Below, one piece after another: positions 19,275-29,806 of a stretch of DNA of 64,000 nucleotides. The position numbers and the translations under genes were made by a program. Every line of letters begins with the position of its first letter. Position 1 is the stretch's first letter. The DNA comes from Candidatus Obscuribacteraceae bacterium (GTDB lineage Bacteria; Cyanobacteriota; Vampirovibrionia; Obscuribacterales; Obscuribacteraceae). Under the pieces are notes generated by a model. That model made no database searches, was not told the DNA's origin, and worked only from the letters and a program-made list of their open reading frames with translations. Location: the NCBI GenBank assembly GCA_044226015.1, contig JBGAHS010000003.1, forward strand, positions 384,001 to 448,000. The letters are read 5' to 3'.

Positions 19275-20285
19275 TCAGAGCCCGAGTAGAGCTATGAGCG
19301 AGAAGGACCAGAGGAAAATCAGCAGGAATCCCGCGACAAGCGGGTACTGGTACAACTCTTGAAAGTTGTTGTAGGACGTGACGCTGACCGGACCGCGTTC
19401 GAGCTGGTCGATTGTCTGAAAGCATTTCTGCATGTCATCAGACTTCTCAACCAGGAAAACGCAATTCTCGCCACCGTCCATGTAATCGCGGGCCAGGCGC
19501 TTGATGTCCACTTCCTTTGTGGCAAGAGTCTGTCCGACGCCCACGACATAGAGCTTGACCTTGTGCTTTTTCAGCAGAACGCTGAGGCGCTGCAAGTGCT
19601 CGTCGCCAAGTTCGTCCTCACCGTCAGTGACGAGGATGAGCACTCGGGCAGGCGATTCTCCGAACTCACGCAGGTGAGCACAGGCCATGTCGATAGGACC
19701 AGGTCCCTTGGCACCGAAATTGGTACCACTTCCCAGCACCTTCTCTCCCAGCAAATTGCTCGGCAGGAAGTCAGTGCGATAGAAGATTTGTTTGAGGTCG
19801 CTGGTCAGCGGCCAGGCAAGCCGTGGGGAATCGTCGAATAGAACCAAACCGATGCGGTCACCGGTTTTCAGCTCGTGCCGATTCTGAGCAAAACTCAAGA
19901 TAGCATCTTGAGCCGCATCAATCCGGCGAGCAGGTTTGTTACCGTTGCGATGCAGCGGCGACTCATAGCCGGGCAGCGTCGCACCCATCGAGCCCGAGTA
20001 GTCTTCCGCGATGACGATGTCTCGCGCCATCACTTGCTCGGTAGACTCGGCTTTGAACACGCGTGGACCAGCGACGGCCACGGCAACGCAGATCAGCGCA
20101 AGGCTAGCCAGCGTCAACGGAAGGTACGGCATGAACAGCACGAGCTGAACCGCCTTATTGTCTTCGTTGAATCCGACGCCTGAGTGCCCCAGGTAGTTCA
20201 CAATGCGCCGCATGCGCAGTCGAACATACCAGAGGGTCGGTACCAGCGCGATGAGCGCCAGCCACCATGGTTGTGCAAAATGCAT
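19275..20285 (-). CDS. VWA-domain membrane protein (BatA/MxaC-like)
   Basis: MHFAQPWWL BatA-type start, DYSGS MIDAS, DRIGLVLF, PLTSD, LVTDGED. Confidence 0.9.
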   Translation of the reverse strand: MHFAQPWWLALIALVPTLWYVRLRMRRIVNYLGHSGVGFNEDNKAVQLVLFMPYLPLTLASLALICVAVAVAGPRVFKAESTEQVMARDIVIAEDYSGSMGATLPGYESPLHRNGNKPARRIDAAQDAILSFAQNRHELKTGDRIGLVLFDDSPRLAWPLTSDLKQIFYRTDFLPSNLLGEKVLGSGTNFGAKGPGPIDMACAHLREFGESPARVLILVTDGEDELGDEHLQRLSVLLKKHKVKLYVVGVGQTLATKEVDIKRLARDYMDGGENCVFLVEKSDDMQKCFQTIDQLERGPVSVTSYNNFQELYQYPLVAGFLLIFLWSFSLIALLGL

Positions 20286-20834
20286 GTTGTGCCTTTCAAG
20301 AAAGAGGTTGTTTCAGAAAAAGCTCTCACCGAAATGCTCCAATCCTGAGCAAATCAGCGAACAAGTTGTGTTGGTTGCGGAAACGAAATCAGTTTTTGGG
20401 TTTCTGCCCTTTCAATCTGGAGGTGGTTTTAGCGATATACCTCACCCTACGCCAGAGAGGGTTTTACGGCTCAATTAGCAATTTCTAACACTTTTTCACC
20501 CCCCGACACGGTGGCGCATTCACGCCAGGACCGGAGAGCACCTCAGAGCGAGAACTCCCAGGCTGATAGCTAGTGCCACATGAGCTGCTGCAACAGTGGG
20601 GCCACGGCGTCACAATGAGAAGCCTGCACAGCTCACGCGTGGTGCTATCACGCCACAGTGGGACAAACCGATCCCCCCCCTCAGGCGAGCAGCCCCAGCC
20701 CCGCTACATCAGGTGGGCGCAAGCAGGAATCACAAGCGGGCACGCATGCAGAGATTCACAACCAGGCACGCACAAGCAGGTGTGGGCACGCAAAATTCTC
20801 CACTTCGCAGAAGACTAAGAGGCTTTCGAGTACT

Positions 20835-22151
20835 TTATATCGCCCCTAGCGCCTCTTCAAAGATGCGCAGACCTTCATTTAGCTCTTCCTTGCTTACATT
20901 CAAAGGCGGCAAAAATCTGATGATGTGGTCATAAGAGCCGCAGTCGAGCAATAGCAATTTGCGCTTCATGCACTCATCGACCAGCTTGCCCAAACGCTCA
21001 CCATCTGGTTCACCATTCTCTTTGATGAGTTCAATTCCAACCATCAACCCGAGACCTCGAACATCACCGATAAAAGGAAATTTGAGCTGCATTTCTCGAA
21101 CTCGAGAGGTCAGATAGGCGCCAAGCGTTTTGGCATTTTCGACCAGCTTTTCTTCTTCGATGACTTTTATGCTAGCAAGCGCTGCGGCAGAGGCGACCGG
21201 ATTGCCACCATATGTGCTACCATGCTTCCCAGGCGGCCACTTCTTCATATGCTCAGATCTGGCGATAATTCCTGCCATAGGGAACCCAGATGCAATGCCT
21301 TTTGCAACAACCATAACATCTGGCACTACATTCCAGTGATTTACGGCAAACCATTCTCCAGTTCGCCCAAAGCCAGTTTGCACTTCATCCACAATCATCA
21401 ATATCCCGTGTTTGTCGCACACTTCACGCAGCCTTTGGAAATAAGGCGCTTTCTCACCTTTATACGAAGACCCTGCAACGGTGTAACCGCCCTCACCCAA
21501 TTGCGGTTCGATGATGATCGCGGCGACACTTTCAGGCTTGACGAAAAGCTTGAAAGCACGCTCAATAAGATCAAAACATTCCATCTCGCAAGCGCCTGGC
21601 TTTTGCGAAACAGGACAACGATAACAATAGGCATATGGTATGTGCTGAATGCCGCTCGGCAAAGGCTCATAGCCATCTCTATAGTGTGACTTTGAGGAGG
21701 TTAAGGCAGTGCCGAGTAATGTTCGACCGTGAAACGCACCGGCAAAAGAAATCACATTGCTGCGGCCAGTCACGTAACGCGCCATCTTTATGGCAGCATC
21801 AATCGCTTCTCCACCACTATTATTCAAGAAAACTGTGTCAAGATTGCCCGGAGCAATCTCGGCAATCTTCTCTGCCAGCTTGATTAAGGGCTCGTGTGTC
21901 ATCACCATAGAACAGTGAATCAACTTATCCATTTGTTCCTTTGCAGCGGCTGTAACTTTCGGATGGCAATGCCCAACATTGTTTACGGCAATACCTGAAG
22001 TAAAATCGAGGTATCTCTCACCATTAACATCCCAAACATAAGAGCCCTTTCCGTGGCTTGCAACAAGGTCAAAAGCTCTGGCATTCGTCGATGACACATG
22101 CTTTGCCGATCTTTCAAGCCATTCCTTGTTTTTATCTTGTACTGCGCTCAC
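20835..22151 (-). CDS. gabT: Class-III aminotransferase, 4-aminobutyrate aminotransferase-like
   Basis: DFTSGIAV, NSGGEAIDAAIK, FHGRT, EPQLGEGGY, DEVQTGFGRTG, PLP Lys in AKGIASG. Confidence 0.75.
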   Translation of the reverse strand: MSAVQDKNKEWLERSAKHVSSTNARAFDLVASHGKGSYVWDVNGERYLDFTSGIAVNNVGHCHPKVTAAAKEQMDKLIHCSMVMTHEPLIKLAEKIAEIAPGNLDTVFLNNSGGEAIDAAIKMARYVTGRSNVISFAGAFHGRTLLGTALTSSKSHYRDGYEPLPSGIQHIPYAYCYRCPVSQKPGACEMECFDLIERAFKLFVKPESVAAIIIEPQLGEGGYTVAGSSYKGEKAPYFQRLREVCDKHGILMIVDEVQTGFGRTGEWFAVNHWNVVPDVMVVAKGIASGFPMAGIIARSEHMKKWPPGKHGSTYGGNPVASAAALASIKVIEEEKLVENAKTLGAYLTSRVREMQLKFPFIGDVRGLGLMVGIELIKENGEPDGERLGKLVDECMKRKLLLLDCGSYDHIIRFLPPLNVSKEELNEGLRIFEEALGAI

Positions 22152-22161
22152 GACTTTCTCC

Positions 22162-23526
22162 TTACGACAATTTGGTCAATTTTGCTACGCCATTCGAGAT
22201 GCTCTTCACGGTTGAATTCAACTTACTTAGAAGCTCAAGCAACTCACTTTCCGTTATATTCAAAGGTGGTGCAATAATTACATGATCACCTTTAATTCCA
22301 TCAACCGATCCTGCGCCCGGATAGACCATTAAGCCAAGCCGCATAGCCTCTGCAGCAAAACGCTGAGACATTCTCAGTTCAGACGGAAATGGCATTTTAT
22401 TTTTTTGTTCTGAAACGAATTCCAGCCCCCAGAGGAAGCCACGTCCTCTGACATCACCAATGATACCATGTTCATAAAGCTCCGATAACCCCTTCGCAAG
22501 GGTACCTTCAAGGGTTTTCACATTTGCTAGAAGCTCTTCCCTTTGAACATATCTCATTACCGCAAGACCAGCAGCACAGGAAACCGGATGAGCACTGTAT
22601 GTAAATCCATGTTCAAATACTCCGTTTCCTCTTTGAAAAGCATCTACAATCGTTGCCGAAGCCAGCACCGCAGATAGTGGCATATAGCCAGCAGCGAGTC
22701 CCTTGCCGAGCACGACAATGTCAGCCTCTACACCAAAAGACGATAGAGAGTGATATTCACCTGTTCTGCCCAAACCTGTCATAACTTCATCAGCTATCAT
22801 CAAAACAGAATGCTTATCACAAACCTGCCGAACCAATTTGAAATAGCCAGGGTGCGGTTCCACAGCGCCAAGGGCAGCACCAACAATTGGTTCAGCTATG
22901 AAAGCAAGCACATTTTGCGCACCAATTGCTTCAATTCGCTGATCAAGCTCGACTGCCAGCTGTTTTGCGCATTCCTCCGAAGCACAAACACCATCAACCT
23001 GACACTTACATCTATAAGGATAGCTAGCCGACACATGATTGCTGTCAGCAAGTAAAGGCAAATAAGGCTTGCGCCTTGGAGAATGACCGGTTGCAGACAG
23101 CGCGCCAATGGTACTGCCGTGATAACTTCCTTTGCGAGAAATCACAATCCTCTTTTGATATTGGGTTGATTCAAAATAATAATCTCGCGCAAGCTTTATC
23201 GCAGTCTCTATTGCTTCTGAACCTCCAGATGCAAAATAAACCCTGCCATTTTTGAAGCGCCGAGGCGCTATTCCAATCAAAAGCTCTGCTAAAGCAAGAG
23301 CTGGCTCTGAAACAAACTGAGAGGTGTGGGCAAACGCAACTTTTTGGAGTTGTTCATTAATAGCTTCATTTATCTCAGCCACATTGTGTCCAATGTTTGC
23401 AGAAACAGCGCCGCTGCATCCGTCTAGATATTTCTTGCCGTTAGTATCGGTTAGCCAGACGCCATTCCCGGAAGAGATAGTTGGGTACTCTTTTTTCAGG
23501 TTTCTATAGAAGAATGATTTGCTCAT
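22162..23526 (-). CDS. Class-III aminotransferase (omega-amino acid/BioA-like)
   Basis: SGGSEAIETAIK, SYHGST, EPIVGA, DEVMTGLGRTG, GKGLAAGY, HGFTYSAHP. Confidence 0.9.
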   Translation of the reverse strand: MSKSFFYRNLKKEYPTISSGNGVWLTDTNGKKYLDGCSGAVSANIGHNVAEINEAINEQLQKVAFAHTSQFVSEPALALAELLIGIAPRRFKNGRVYFASGGSEAIETAIKLARDYYFESTQYQKRIVISRKGSYHGSTIGALSATGHSPRRKPYLPLLADSNHVSASYPYRCKCQVDGVCASEECAKQLAVELDQRIEAIGAQNVLAFIAEPIVGAALGAVEPHPGYFKLVRQVCDKHSVLMIADEVMTGLGRTGEYHSLSSFGVEADIVVLGKGLAAGYMPLSAVLASATIVDAFQRGNGVFEHGFTYSAHPVSCAAGLAVMRYVQREELLANVKTLEGTLAKGLSELYEHGIIGDVRGRGFLWGLEFVSEQKNKMPFPSELRMSQRFAAEAMRLGLMVYPGAGSVDGIKGDHVIIAPPLNITESELLELLSKLNSTVKSISNGVAKLTKLS

Positions 23527-23766
23527 TCAGATTAACTCCAGAGTCTGTAAGTCCCCTATTATGCCAATACCTAGCGCAACTGGCATTTATCGTTACTCAG
23601 CTTCCTTACGTGGAAACCGCAGAAAAAAAATATTGAGATCTCACAACTTTGTCAGTAATTCCCAATACCATTACTTGCAGGCTGGTACTTTTGACTTTCA
23701 ACAAAGCCAAAAAGTGGTAAAGACTTGGATTGACGGAGGTGACGAGATAATTCTCGTCAAGTATAA

Positions 23767-24678
23767 ATGTACCGCCATATAATTGAAGAACTACAAATAC
23801 AAACGGATCGTTATGAGTCCTGGCTAGCTGCAGAACAACTTTCTGCCCAAACTCGCCGCGCATATATCTCGCGTATCAAAGGATTCAAGGCATTTCTCGA
23901 AACTTGCGAAGTGCCACAGGTTGATGACAAAGCAAAAGCTTTACGTGAAATTGCACAAAAATATCATGACCATCTCGCTATGGCGAATGGTGCAAAACCC
24001 AGTTCCATCAATGCATCCATAACTGCAGTCTACAGCTATTACGCGTTCTTGGGTTACACAGTTCCTCCAGTGTTGAGAGACTGGGTACTCAAAACAGAGC
24101 CTCGCGTGCTATCTATAGAAGAGCAGGAACGATTGCTGCAAGCCATTTCAGCACAGTCTTCCATCAGAGACAAAGCGATGCTAACGCTGCTTCTCTATAC
24201 TGGAATTCGCATTGGCGAATGTCGTGAGCTAACCGTCGAGAATGTTGAAATCTCTGCCCATCAAGGCAGAATAATTGTCAGCTCTCGCGGACGCAGCCGC
24301 AAAATTCCATTGAACGAAGTGACACGCCAGTCAATTCTGCAATGGCTCATAGAACGCACTCGCAAATTTGGTGAAGGAGAGAAAACTCCGCTTTTTCCAA
24401 ATAAGACAGGCGAATTCATGACGCGCGCAGCTATTGATGAAGTCGTGCGCAAAGTCGGTCGCACAGCACATATGAACATTTGCGCTCAAGTTTTGCGAAA
24501 CACATTCTTAAGTGCCATGCTTGAAAAAGGTAGCGCAGTTGAGCTCGTCGCAGAACTAGGCGGACAGGCAAAACTTGAACATGTGCGCCGCTTCCGCAAG
24601 GAAAAATGCGAAAACATCGATGGTGGCATTTTCAGCCCCACTTGGAACACAACAGCGAACTTCTCTCTTGTTCCGTAA
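23767..24678 (+). CDS. XerC/D-like tyrosine recombinase homologue with degenerate active site
   Basis: SAM-like N-domain (LSAQTRRAY, KPSSIN), RDKAML..YTGIRIGE; HxxR reads QVLR, LGH reads GGQ, catalytic Tyr reads F. Confidence 0.8.
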   Translation: MYRHIIEELQIQTDRYESWLAAEQLSAQTRRAYISRIKGFKAFLETCEVPQVDDKAKALREIAQKYHDHLAMANGAKPSSINASITAVYSYYAFLGYTVPPVLRDWVLKTEPRVLSIEEQERLLQAISAQSSIRDKAMLTLLLYTGIRIGECRELTVENVEISAHQGRIIVSSRGRSRKIPLNEVTRQSILQWLIERTRKFGEGEKTPLFPNKTGEFMTRAAIDEVVRKVGRTAHMNICAQVLRNTFLSAMLEKGSAVELVAELGGQAKLEHVRRFRKEKCENIDGGIFSPTWNTTANFSLVP

Positions 24679-24701
24679 GAAATAAAACACCGTGCAAGGG
24701 T

Positions 24702-25211
24702 TCAGACAATAGAACCTGTCTTCTGCGCTTGCCTGATTTGCCAGCGCTCGCGCAGAAGATAAAGCACCATGCCATTCGGCGTAATGCTTTGATTTGAATT
24801 TCGAAACGCCACTCGGTCTAATTCGAAGGCTTCACAGGCAAAACTTACTATAGCTCCGCTTCGCGAAACTCCTGCCACACAGTTAGCGTACAAGGTTTCC
24901 GGCTCTGGTCGAGCATGACAGAGTTCAAGAAACTGAATAATTTTGTCCGCCAATTTTTCATCGAAACTGACAATCGGTCGACCCAGTTCTTCTTGCAGAC
25001 GCGGCAAAATCGCCATATGTTCGGGACGCACATCTTCGAAGTATGTAGATAACCAGCGCTCAGAATCGCTCGGCCAGGAAAGGTCGGGGTCTTCATGGCG
25101 CAAACTCTCTGGCGTAACACTGATGAAGCAATTTTCTCGCAACAAATCATCTCTGTGGCAGAGAAGCGACTTCATCTCTCGAAAGCTCATTGCTTTGGCA
25201 GAAGTTATCAC
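24702..25211 (-). CDS. Protein-tyrosine/dual-specificity phosphatase-like protein
   Basis: CX5R loop NCVAGVSRSG, FED acid loop, C-terminal PN motif. Confidence 0.8.
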   Translation of the reverse strand: MITSAKAMSFREMKSLLCHRDDLLRENCFISVTPESLRHEDPDLSWPSDSERWLSTYFEDVRPEHMAILPRLQEELGRPIVSFDEKLADKIIQFLELCHARPEPETLYANCVAGVSRSGAIVSFACEAFELDRVAFRNSNQSITPNGMVLYLLRERWQIRQAQKTGSIV

Positions 25212-25560
25212 GTTTCATTCCTCGCTTTCCGCATTATAACTTTTGCCAGCTAAGCACACCTGAAATATTCTTCCCAGAACTTAGCGGCATCGTGAGTTCA
25301 TTCAGCCCGCGAGTTTAGATACTCGCACAGATATCGCTAGTGAAGCGAAGCAGCCCCAGGGTGGCACTACCACTCCCACCCCGGGGCGTTCATTGACTGC
25401 AGGCGCCTGCAGCAACGTAGGGTGGGGGCAGTTCCGATTTTTCTCACCCCCTAACCAGACCCGCCAAAACCTAACAAGCAACACGCAAATTCCAAGCATT
25501 TCCTTCTTCTCGTTGAAGACAGGGAAACACCATTTTTCACAATTTCCGAAAGGGAGAACC

Positions 25561-26337
25561 ATGCGATTTTTAAAGAACCTGCCGTACCTGACTTTCAGTC
25601 TGGTGCTGGTGAACTTTGCTGTTTTCTTTATGCAACCTGGTCTGAATACGACACCGGACTCGCCCGCTGACCTGGCTCTGCGACTCATCTGGCCTCTGCC
25701 CATCGATGTGCTGGAACGACTCTTTTCGGGCTCGCTCATCGGCACGGCGCTAGTCATACCAGGCATGGTCATACCACTGTTCATGCACGCCAACCTCGAG
25801 CACATCGTCAGCAACATGGTCGGACTTCTCGTCTTCGGCTCGTTGCTCGAGCGCGCAGTGGGAAGGAAGCGCATGTTCACGATTTACATGGTTACAGGAC
25901 TCTGTGGCCAGCTCCTGACGGTGCTTCTTAACATTCGCGGACTCGGCGCCAGCGGCGCAATCTGCGGAGTAATGGGCGCCTACCTCACGATGGTCGCCTG
26001 GCCTCCTACCATCTGGCGAGATCTCTGCAAACGCAAGTTTGTACTTGCGTTCTTCCGAGGGCTCGTCGGCTATGCATTGATTCACTTGACGCTAGGCCTG
26101 GCGCTTCAAGTGATGAGCGGCACTACCAGCGAACAAATCGAGGTTGACGGACAGGTATTCGGCGTTGGCGACGTGGTTCACCTGCTGGGCTTGCTGGCAG
26201 GCATGAGCATGACCGCCTGCGCGGCAATCCGAGATGAACGCACACGCTGGCAGCAACGCCGCAGCGAAGAAACCGTCAATCTCTCAGCTCCAACTCAAGA
26301 CCCTGAATCTACTCCCCCAACAACCGACGCGCAGTAG
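25561..26337 (+). CDS. Rhomboid intramembrane serine protease
   Basis: HANLEHIVSNM, LER, GASGA catalytic Ser, VHLLGLLAG catalytic His; GGAG RBS. Confidence 0.9.
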   Translation: MRFLKNLPYLTFSLVLVNFAVFFMQPGLNTTPDSPADLALRLIWPLPIDVLERLFSGSLIGTALVIPGMVIPLFMHANLEHIVSNMVGLLVFGSLLERAVGRKRMFTIYMVTGLCGQLLTVLLNIRGLGASGAICGVMGAYLTMVAWPPTIWRDLCKRKFVLAFFRGLVGYALIHLTLGLALQVMSGTTSEQIEVDGQVFGVGDVVHLLGLLAGMSMTACAAIRDERTRWQQRRSEETVNLSAPTQDPESTPPTTDAQ

Positions 26338-26404
26338 TCGGTTGCAAACCAGGTGGCTTCGTGCTGCCTGGTGCTTCTTCTGCACATTATTCACGAGGTG
26401 GATC

Positions 26405-26893
26405 ATGCGATCATTCGCTACAGATCTGCGTCGCCGCCACATCGAAGAGAAAGAACGCTCATGGCTGCGAGCCGACATTCCGCAAATCGCTGAGTTGATG
26501 GAACAACTCTCGGCCGAGTATGACTCTGATTCGCAGCACGACGTCAGCGAATCTCGACGAATCAAATGGCTGCACAAAACGTTCAACGACGCGTGGCATT
26601 ACGTCCACGTTATCCGCGTGGCAGAGAAAATCGAAGCTATCGCTTGCCTCGCACGTTCGCATCTGCCCGAACTCAACGGGCTGGTTCATAGTGTTTACGT
26701 AACGCCAGAATTCCGTGACTACGGCTTCGGGCGGCGCGTCACTACGGGCGTGATCGACTACGCTCGGTCTGTGCATATGCACAGCCTGGAAATGCCAGTC
26801 AGCAAAAATCCCATCGCCAGAAAGCTCTACGAATCGCTGGGCTTCGAATACTGCGATTACGAAGGCGTTCTCTTGATGGTGAAAATTCTCTAG
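26405..26893 (+). CDS. GNAT acetyltransferase
   Basis: VYVTPEFRDYGFGR and NPIARKLYESLGF; GAGG RBS. Confidence 0.85.
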   Translation: MRSFATDLRRRHIEEKERSWLRADIPQIAELMEQLSAEYDSDSQHDVSESRRIKWLHKTFNDAWHYVHVIRVAEKIEAIACLARSHLPELNGLVHSVYVTPEFRDYGFGRRVTTGVIDYARSVHMHSLEMPVSKNPIARKLYESLGFEYCDYEGVLLMVKIL

Positions 26894-26978
26894 CAGAGCA
26901 AGTAAAACCAGCACTATCACGGCGATAGTGCTGGTTGCTCTGCTTTCGAAACCTCCGCCGTGATAGGACACCGAAATC

Positions 26979-28037
26979 ATGACTTTGACAAAGGAGCTGG
27001 CCACCAAGATTGAAGCTCTCGTGGCTATGGAATCTGCACGCAATCACCTCTACTCAATCGCTGGCGGCAGCCTCGATTCGGGTGACGTGCATGCAGCGAG
27101 CTTGAGCACCTCACAACGCATCGATTTCTTCCGAAGCACCGAATTTCGAGCTTGGGTCGCAAAGGAAAACGCAGCAGGAAGGCAAGTTTTCTGGCTGAAA
27201 GATGTCGATAAGACTCAGGCAGCCGGAGACATATTCACGTTCTTTTTCGACTGGCGAGCTGACAACGGTGCCTTCACCGGAAAACAGCTCAGCGTCATCC
27301 GCAAGTTCTTGCTCAGTCATGGGGTGGACGTAGCACTTCAAGACGGTCCGCAAGAAGTCTTGCGCCTCTGGCAACAGAAGGAAGAAGGAGGCGAAGGCAT
27401 CGAAATCGTCGACTTCTGGACGCAAGTTTACTGGCCAAGCCAAATCGGGGTCAGTCGGCGCGAAAAGGAAGAACAAGTCAAAGCCTTTGCCAGCTATTAC
27501 CAGTCACGGGTTTACCCTCATGTGCCTGATGAAAACAGGCTCTTGGAAGAACTCGGCGTACATGTGGTCATCGTCTCCAACGGCGACCAGGAACTGGCAA
27601 TCAGCGCCGGCAGCGTGCTGGGCATCAAAGCAGAAAACGTCGTAGGCTCAAACCTGCTCTACGACGAAAACGGCATGTCTACTGGGGTTAATCACTCTTA
27701 CGAACTCTTCGAAAAGTTTTGGAGTGATAAGCCGCAACCAGGAAAGCAATTCAGCTTTCACTTCTGGCTGCACAAAAATCGCGCGCGCTGGGGCTGGAAT
27801 CGCATCAGCGAGCAGAAATTTGTCATCGCCGGTCGCGACGGCGACTCAGCATCAGCCGATGGTGGCATGATGATTCTCGGTCAAACCGTGGCAATGGGCA
27901 ACTTCATGGTCGACACCCCGAATGAACCCGCTCGACTGGCGAAGTTTCAGAAGGTTGCAGACAAATATGGCTGGACTCCCGGCCAGTTCTTCACCTTGAA
28001 ACAGTCGCCATCAAGCTGCGGCAACATGCCCTGTTGA
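26979..28037 (+). CDS. HAD-superfamily hydrolase (phosphoserine phosphatase-like)
   Basis: Motif I DVDKT, II IVSNG, III PGK, IV GDS..DGGM. Confidence 0.75.
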   Translation: MTLTKELATKIEALVAMESARNHLYSIAGGSLDSGDVHAASLSTSQRIDFFRSTEFRAWVAKENAAGRQVFWLKDVDKTQAAGDIFTFFFDWRADNGAFTGKQLSVIRKFLLSHGVDVALQDGPQEVLRLWQQKEEGGEGIEIVDFWTQVYWPSQIGVSRREKEEQVKAFASYYQSRVYPHVPDENRLLEELGVHVVIVSNGDQELAISAGSVLGIKAENVVGSNLLYDENGMSTGVNHSYELFEKFWSDKPQPGKQFSFHFWLHKNRARWGWNRISEQKFVIAGRDGDSASADGGMMILGQTVAMGNFMVDTPNEPARLAKFQKVADKYGWTPGQFFTLKQSPSSCGNMPC

Positions 28038-28050
28038 TTGAAACGAAAGT

Positions 28051-28079
28051 GGACAGAGCCCCTCCGGCTCTGTCCCTTT
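28051..28079 (+). terminator. Intrinsic terminator-like hairpin
   Basis: ggacagagcc-cctcc-ggctctgtcc-cttt. Confidence 0.6.
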
Positions 28080-28250
28080 CGTCATTTAAATAGAGCTACT
28101 ATCCGCAATAGTTTATAGAGCTAAAAAAATTCATTCAGCAAACAACTTACCGCCTCAAAAGACCGCGTCAGCCTTAGTTCCCGGAACTGGTTAAGCACTC
28201 AGCTCGTAGCGCCGACTAAAGTGCTATCCTAAGAAACAAAGGAAGCAAAA

Positions 28251-29363
28251 ATGGCAGAGAGCACTCAGCTTGCAAAAATAAAAGAGAATCCAAAATTATG
28301 GGCAAGCACTATTTTCACGCTTTCCATGCTCGTAGGCGTCCAACTAGCATTTTTTGCGCTGACACTATCTGCATTTCTTTCCGGTGACATTGGTTTCGGA
28401 ATTGGTTATTTAGTCGGTGCTCTTTTCTATCTGTGGACCTCGGGATCTCTCTACATCGCGCTGCCCTTAAATCTTTATTTCCACTCAAAGTACAGGACAG
28501 ACTCTAACTACTCAAAAATTGACCTGGTTCATCGCAAAGCTCTGAAACTACTCAAAAGGCTTCCTTTCAGACGACATCTCTCAATAGCAGTTTCAATTTC
28601 GAATCTCGGCATTTTGCGCCTCTGCCAGGGGCATTACGAAAGTGCAGAGGAACTGTTTACCGAATCAACTTCCTATTTGCAAACGACAAAGGGCGTCTGG
28701 CGAAACATGGCAATGATTGTGTTCTACAACAACCTTGCTGTTGCAGAACTTCGTCAAGAAAAATTCATTGAGGCAGAACTCACAGCAACCAAAGCTCTTG
28801 AGGTTGCAGAACTTCCGGACATGCAGAAAAAATACAAGAAGCTCATGGGTCCACCTTTAAGCGTCATGGCTGCGGTTCGCTTGCACCTTGGAGAGCTTGA
28901 AAGCTCCCGTGAATACGGAGAGAAAGCACTTGCATGCTACAAAATATCGACCAATCCGCCTGGCTATAACAACTCAACTTTCAATCAGGCTCAGATATTT
29001 TGCTTACTTGGACTTGCGCTTGTAGAGGTAAAGCTCAACCGAGACGCCAAAAGCCTTGAGTACTGCAGTCAAGCTCTGGCACTGATTCAAGACAATTACA
29101 CAGGGCTGACAACTCTCTCGCTGGAATGGTTGAATTTGTTAGCCAACGAATATTTGAACAAGAAGTATTTTGAACAGGCAAACGCTTTGCTTGATGTGGC
29201 CTACCTTGTTGGGCGTGAAAACCCATTCCATCCTGATGCAAAAAAATTGCTCAGCTACTACGAAAAATTGCTTTTGCTTACTGATAAACAGAATGAGGTC
29301 TCAGACATGCGAGCATGGCTAAGGCACATAGAAAGCAAGAAAGCGTTGAGCACTACTAAGTAA
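28251..29363 (+). CDS. Membrane-anchored TPR protein
   Basis: Two N-terminal TMs; SNLGILRLCQGHYESAEELF and NNLAVAELRQEKFIEAE TPR motifs. Confidence 0.8.
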   Translation: MAESTQLAKIKENPKLWASTIFTLSMLVGVQLAFFALTLSAFLSGDIGFGIGYLVGALFYLWTSGSLYIALPLNLYFHSKYRTDSNYSKIDLVHRKALKLLKRLPFRRHLSIAVSISNLGILRLCQGHYESAEELFTESTSYLQTTKGVWRNMAMIVFYNNLAVAELRQEKFIEAELTATKALEVAELPDMQKKYKKLMGPPLSVMAAVRLHLGELESSREYGEKALACYKISTNPPGYNNSTFNQAQIFCLLGLALVEVKLNRDAKSLEYCSQALALIQDNYTGLTTLSLEWLNLLANEYLNKKYFEQANALLDVAYLVGRENPFHPDAKKLLSYYEKLLLLTDKQNEVSDMRAWLRHIESKKALSTTK

Positions 29364-29806
29364 GAGCGGCGTTCGGGGCTGGTACCATTCCACGCACCAG
29401 AGCGCCCACGGCGCCACCACAAGCAACACCATACGCACCACCAGGCGCGCCACAGTTGCCACCAGATGCGCCACCACAAAGCCCGCATTTCTTTAGACCC
29501 GATGGGTGGGTCTTCCAATCAGCTACCAAAATCCGGCCGGATTTGAAACTGTTCTTCTAGCGGACCTGAGCTTCGCGAAGGGGGGCTGCCATCCCCGACA
29601 CAAACCGCACAAGGCGGTCCTTGTCGACCCTCGCTCTCAGACCCGCACTTTTGGCATGGTCCGCCGAAAAGATCCCTTCAGCATTGAGCTCCACTGAAGT
29701 AATCCTTGATACCAAGAATGCCATACCTATGTACGTATGTCAATACCCTAGGGCATATTTTTTCCACAAGAAAATGATCTCTTCAAAATCTCGAAAGAGA
29801 ATCCAA

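Noticed and set aside
20520..20830. C/A-rich intergenic tract with gcacgca/cacaagc words as an ncRNA or ORF
   Set aside because: Only loose low-complexity repetition; no convincing structure or coding signal
23527..24700. Prophage or integrative element at the recombinase gene
   Set aside because: No phage or conjugation genes, tRNA target or att-like direct repeats seen
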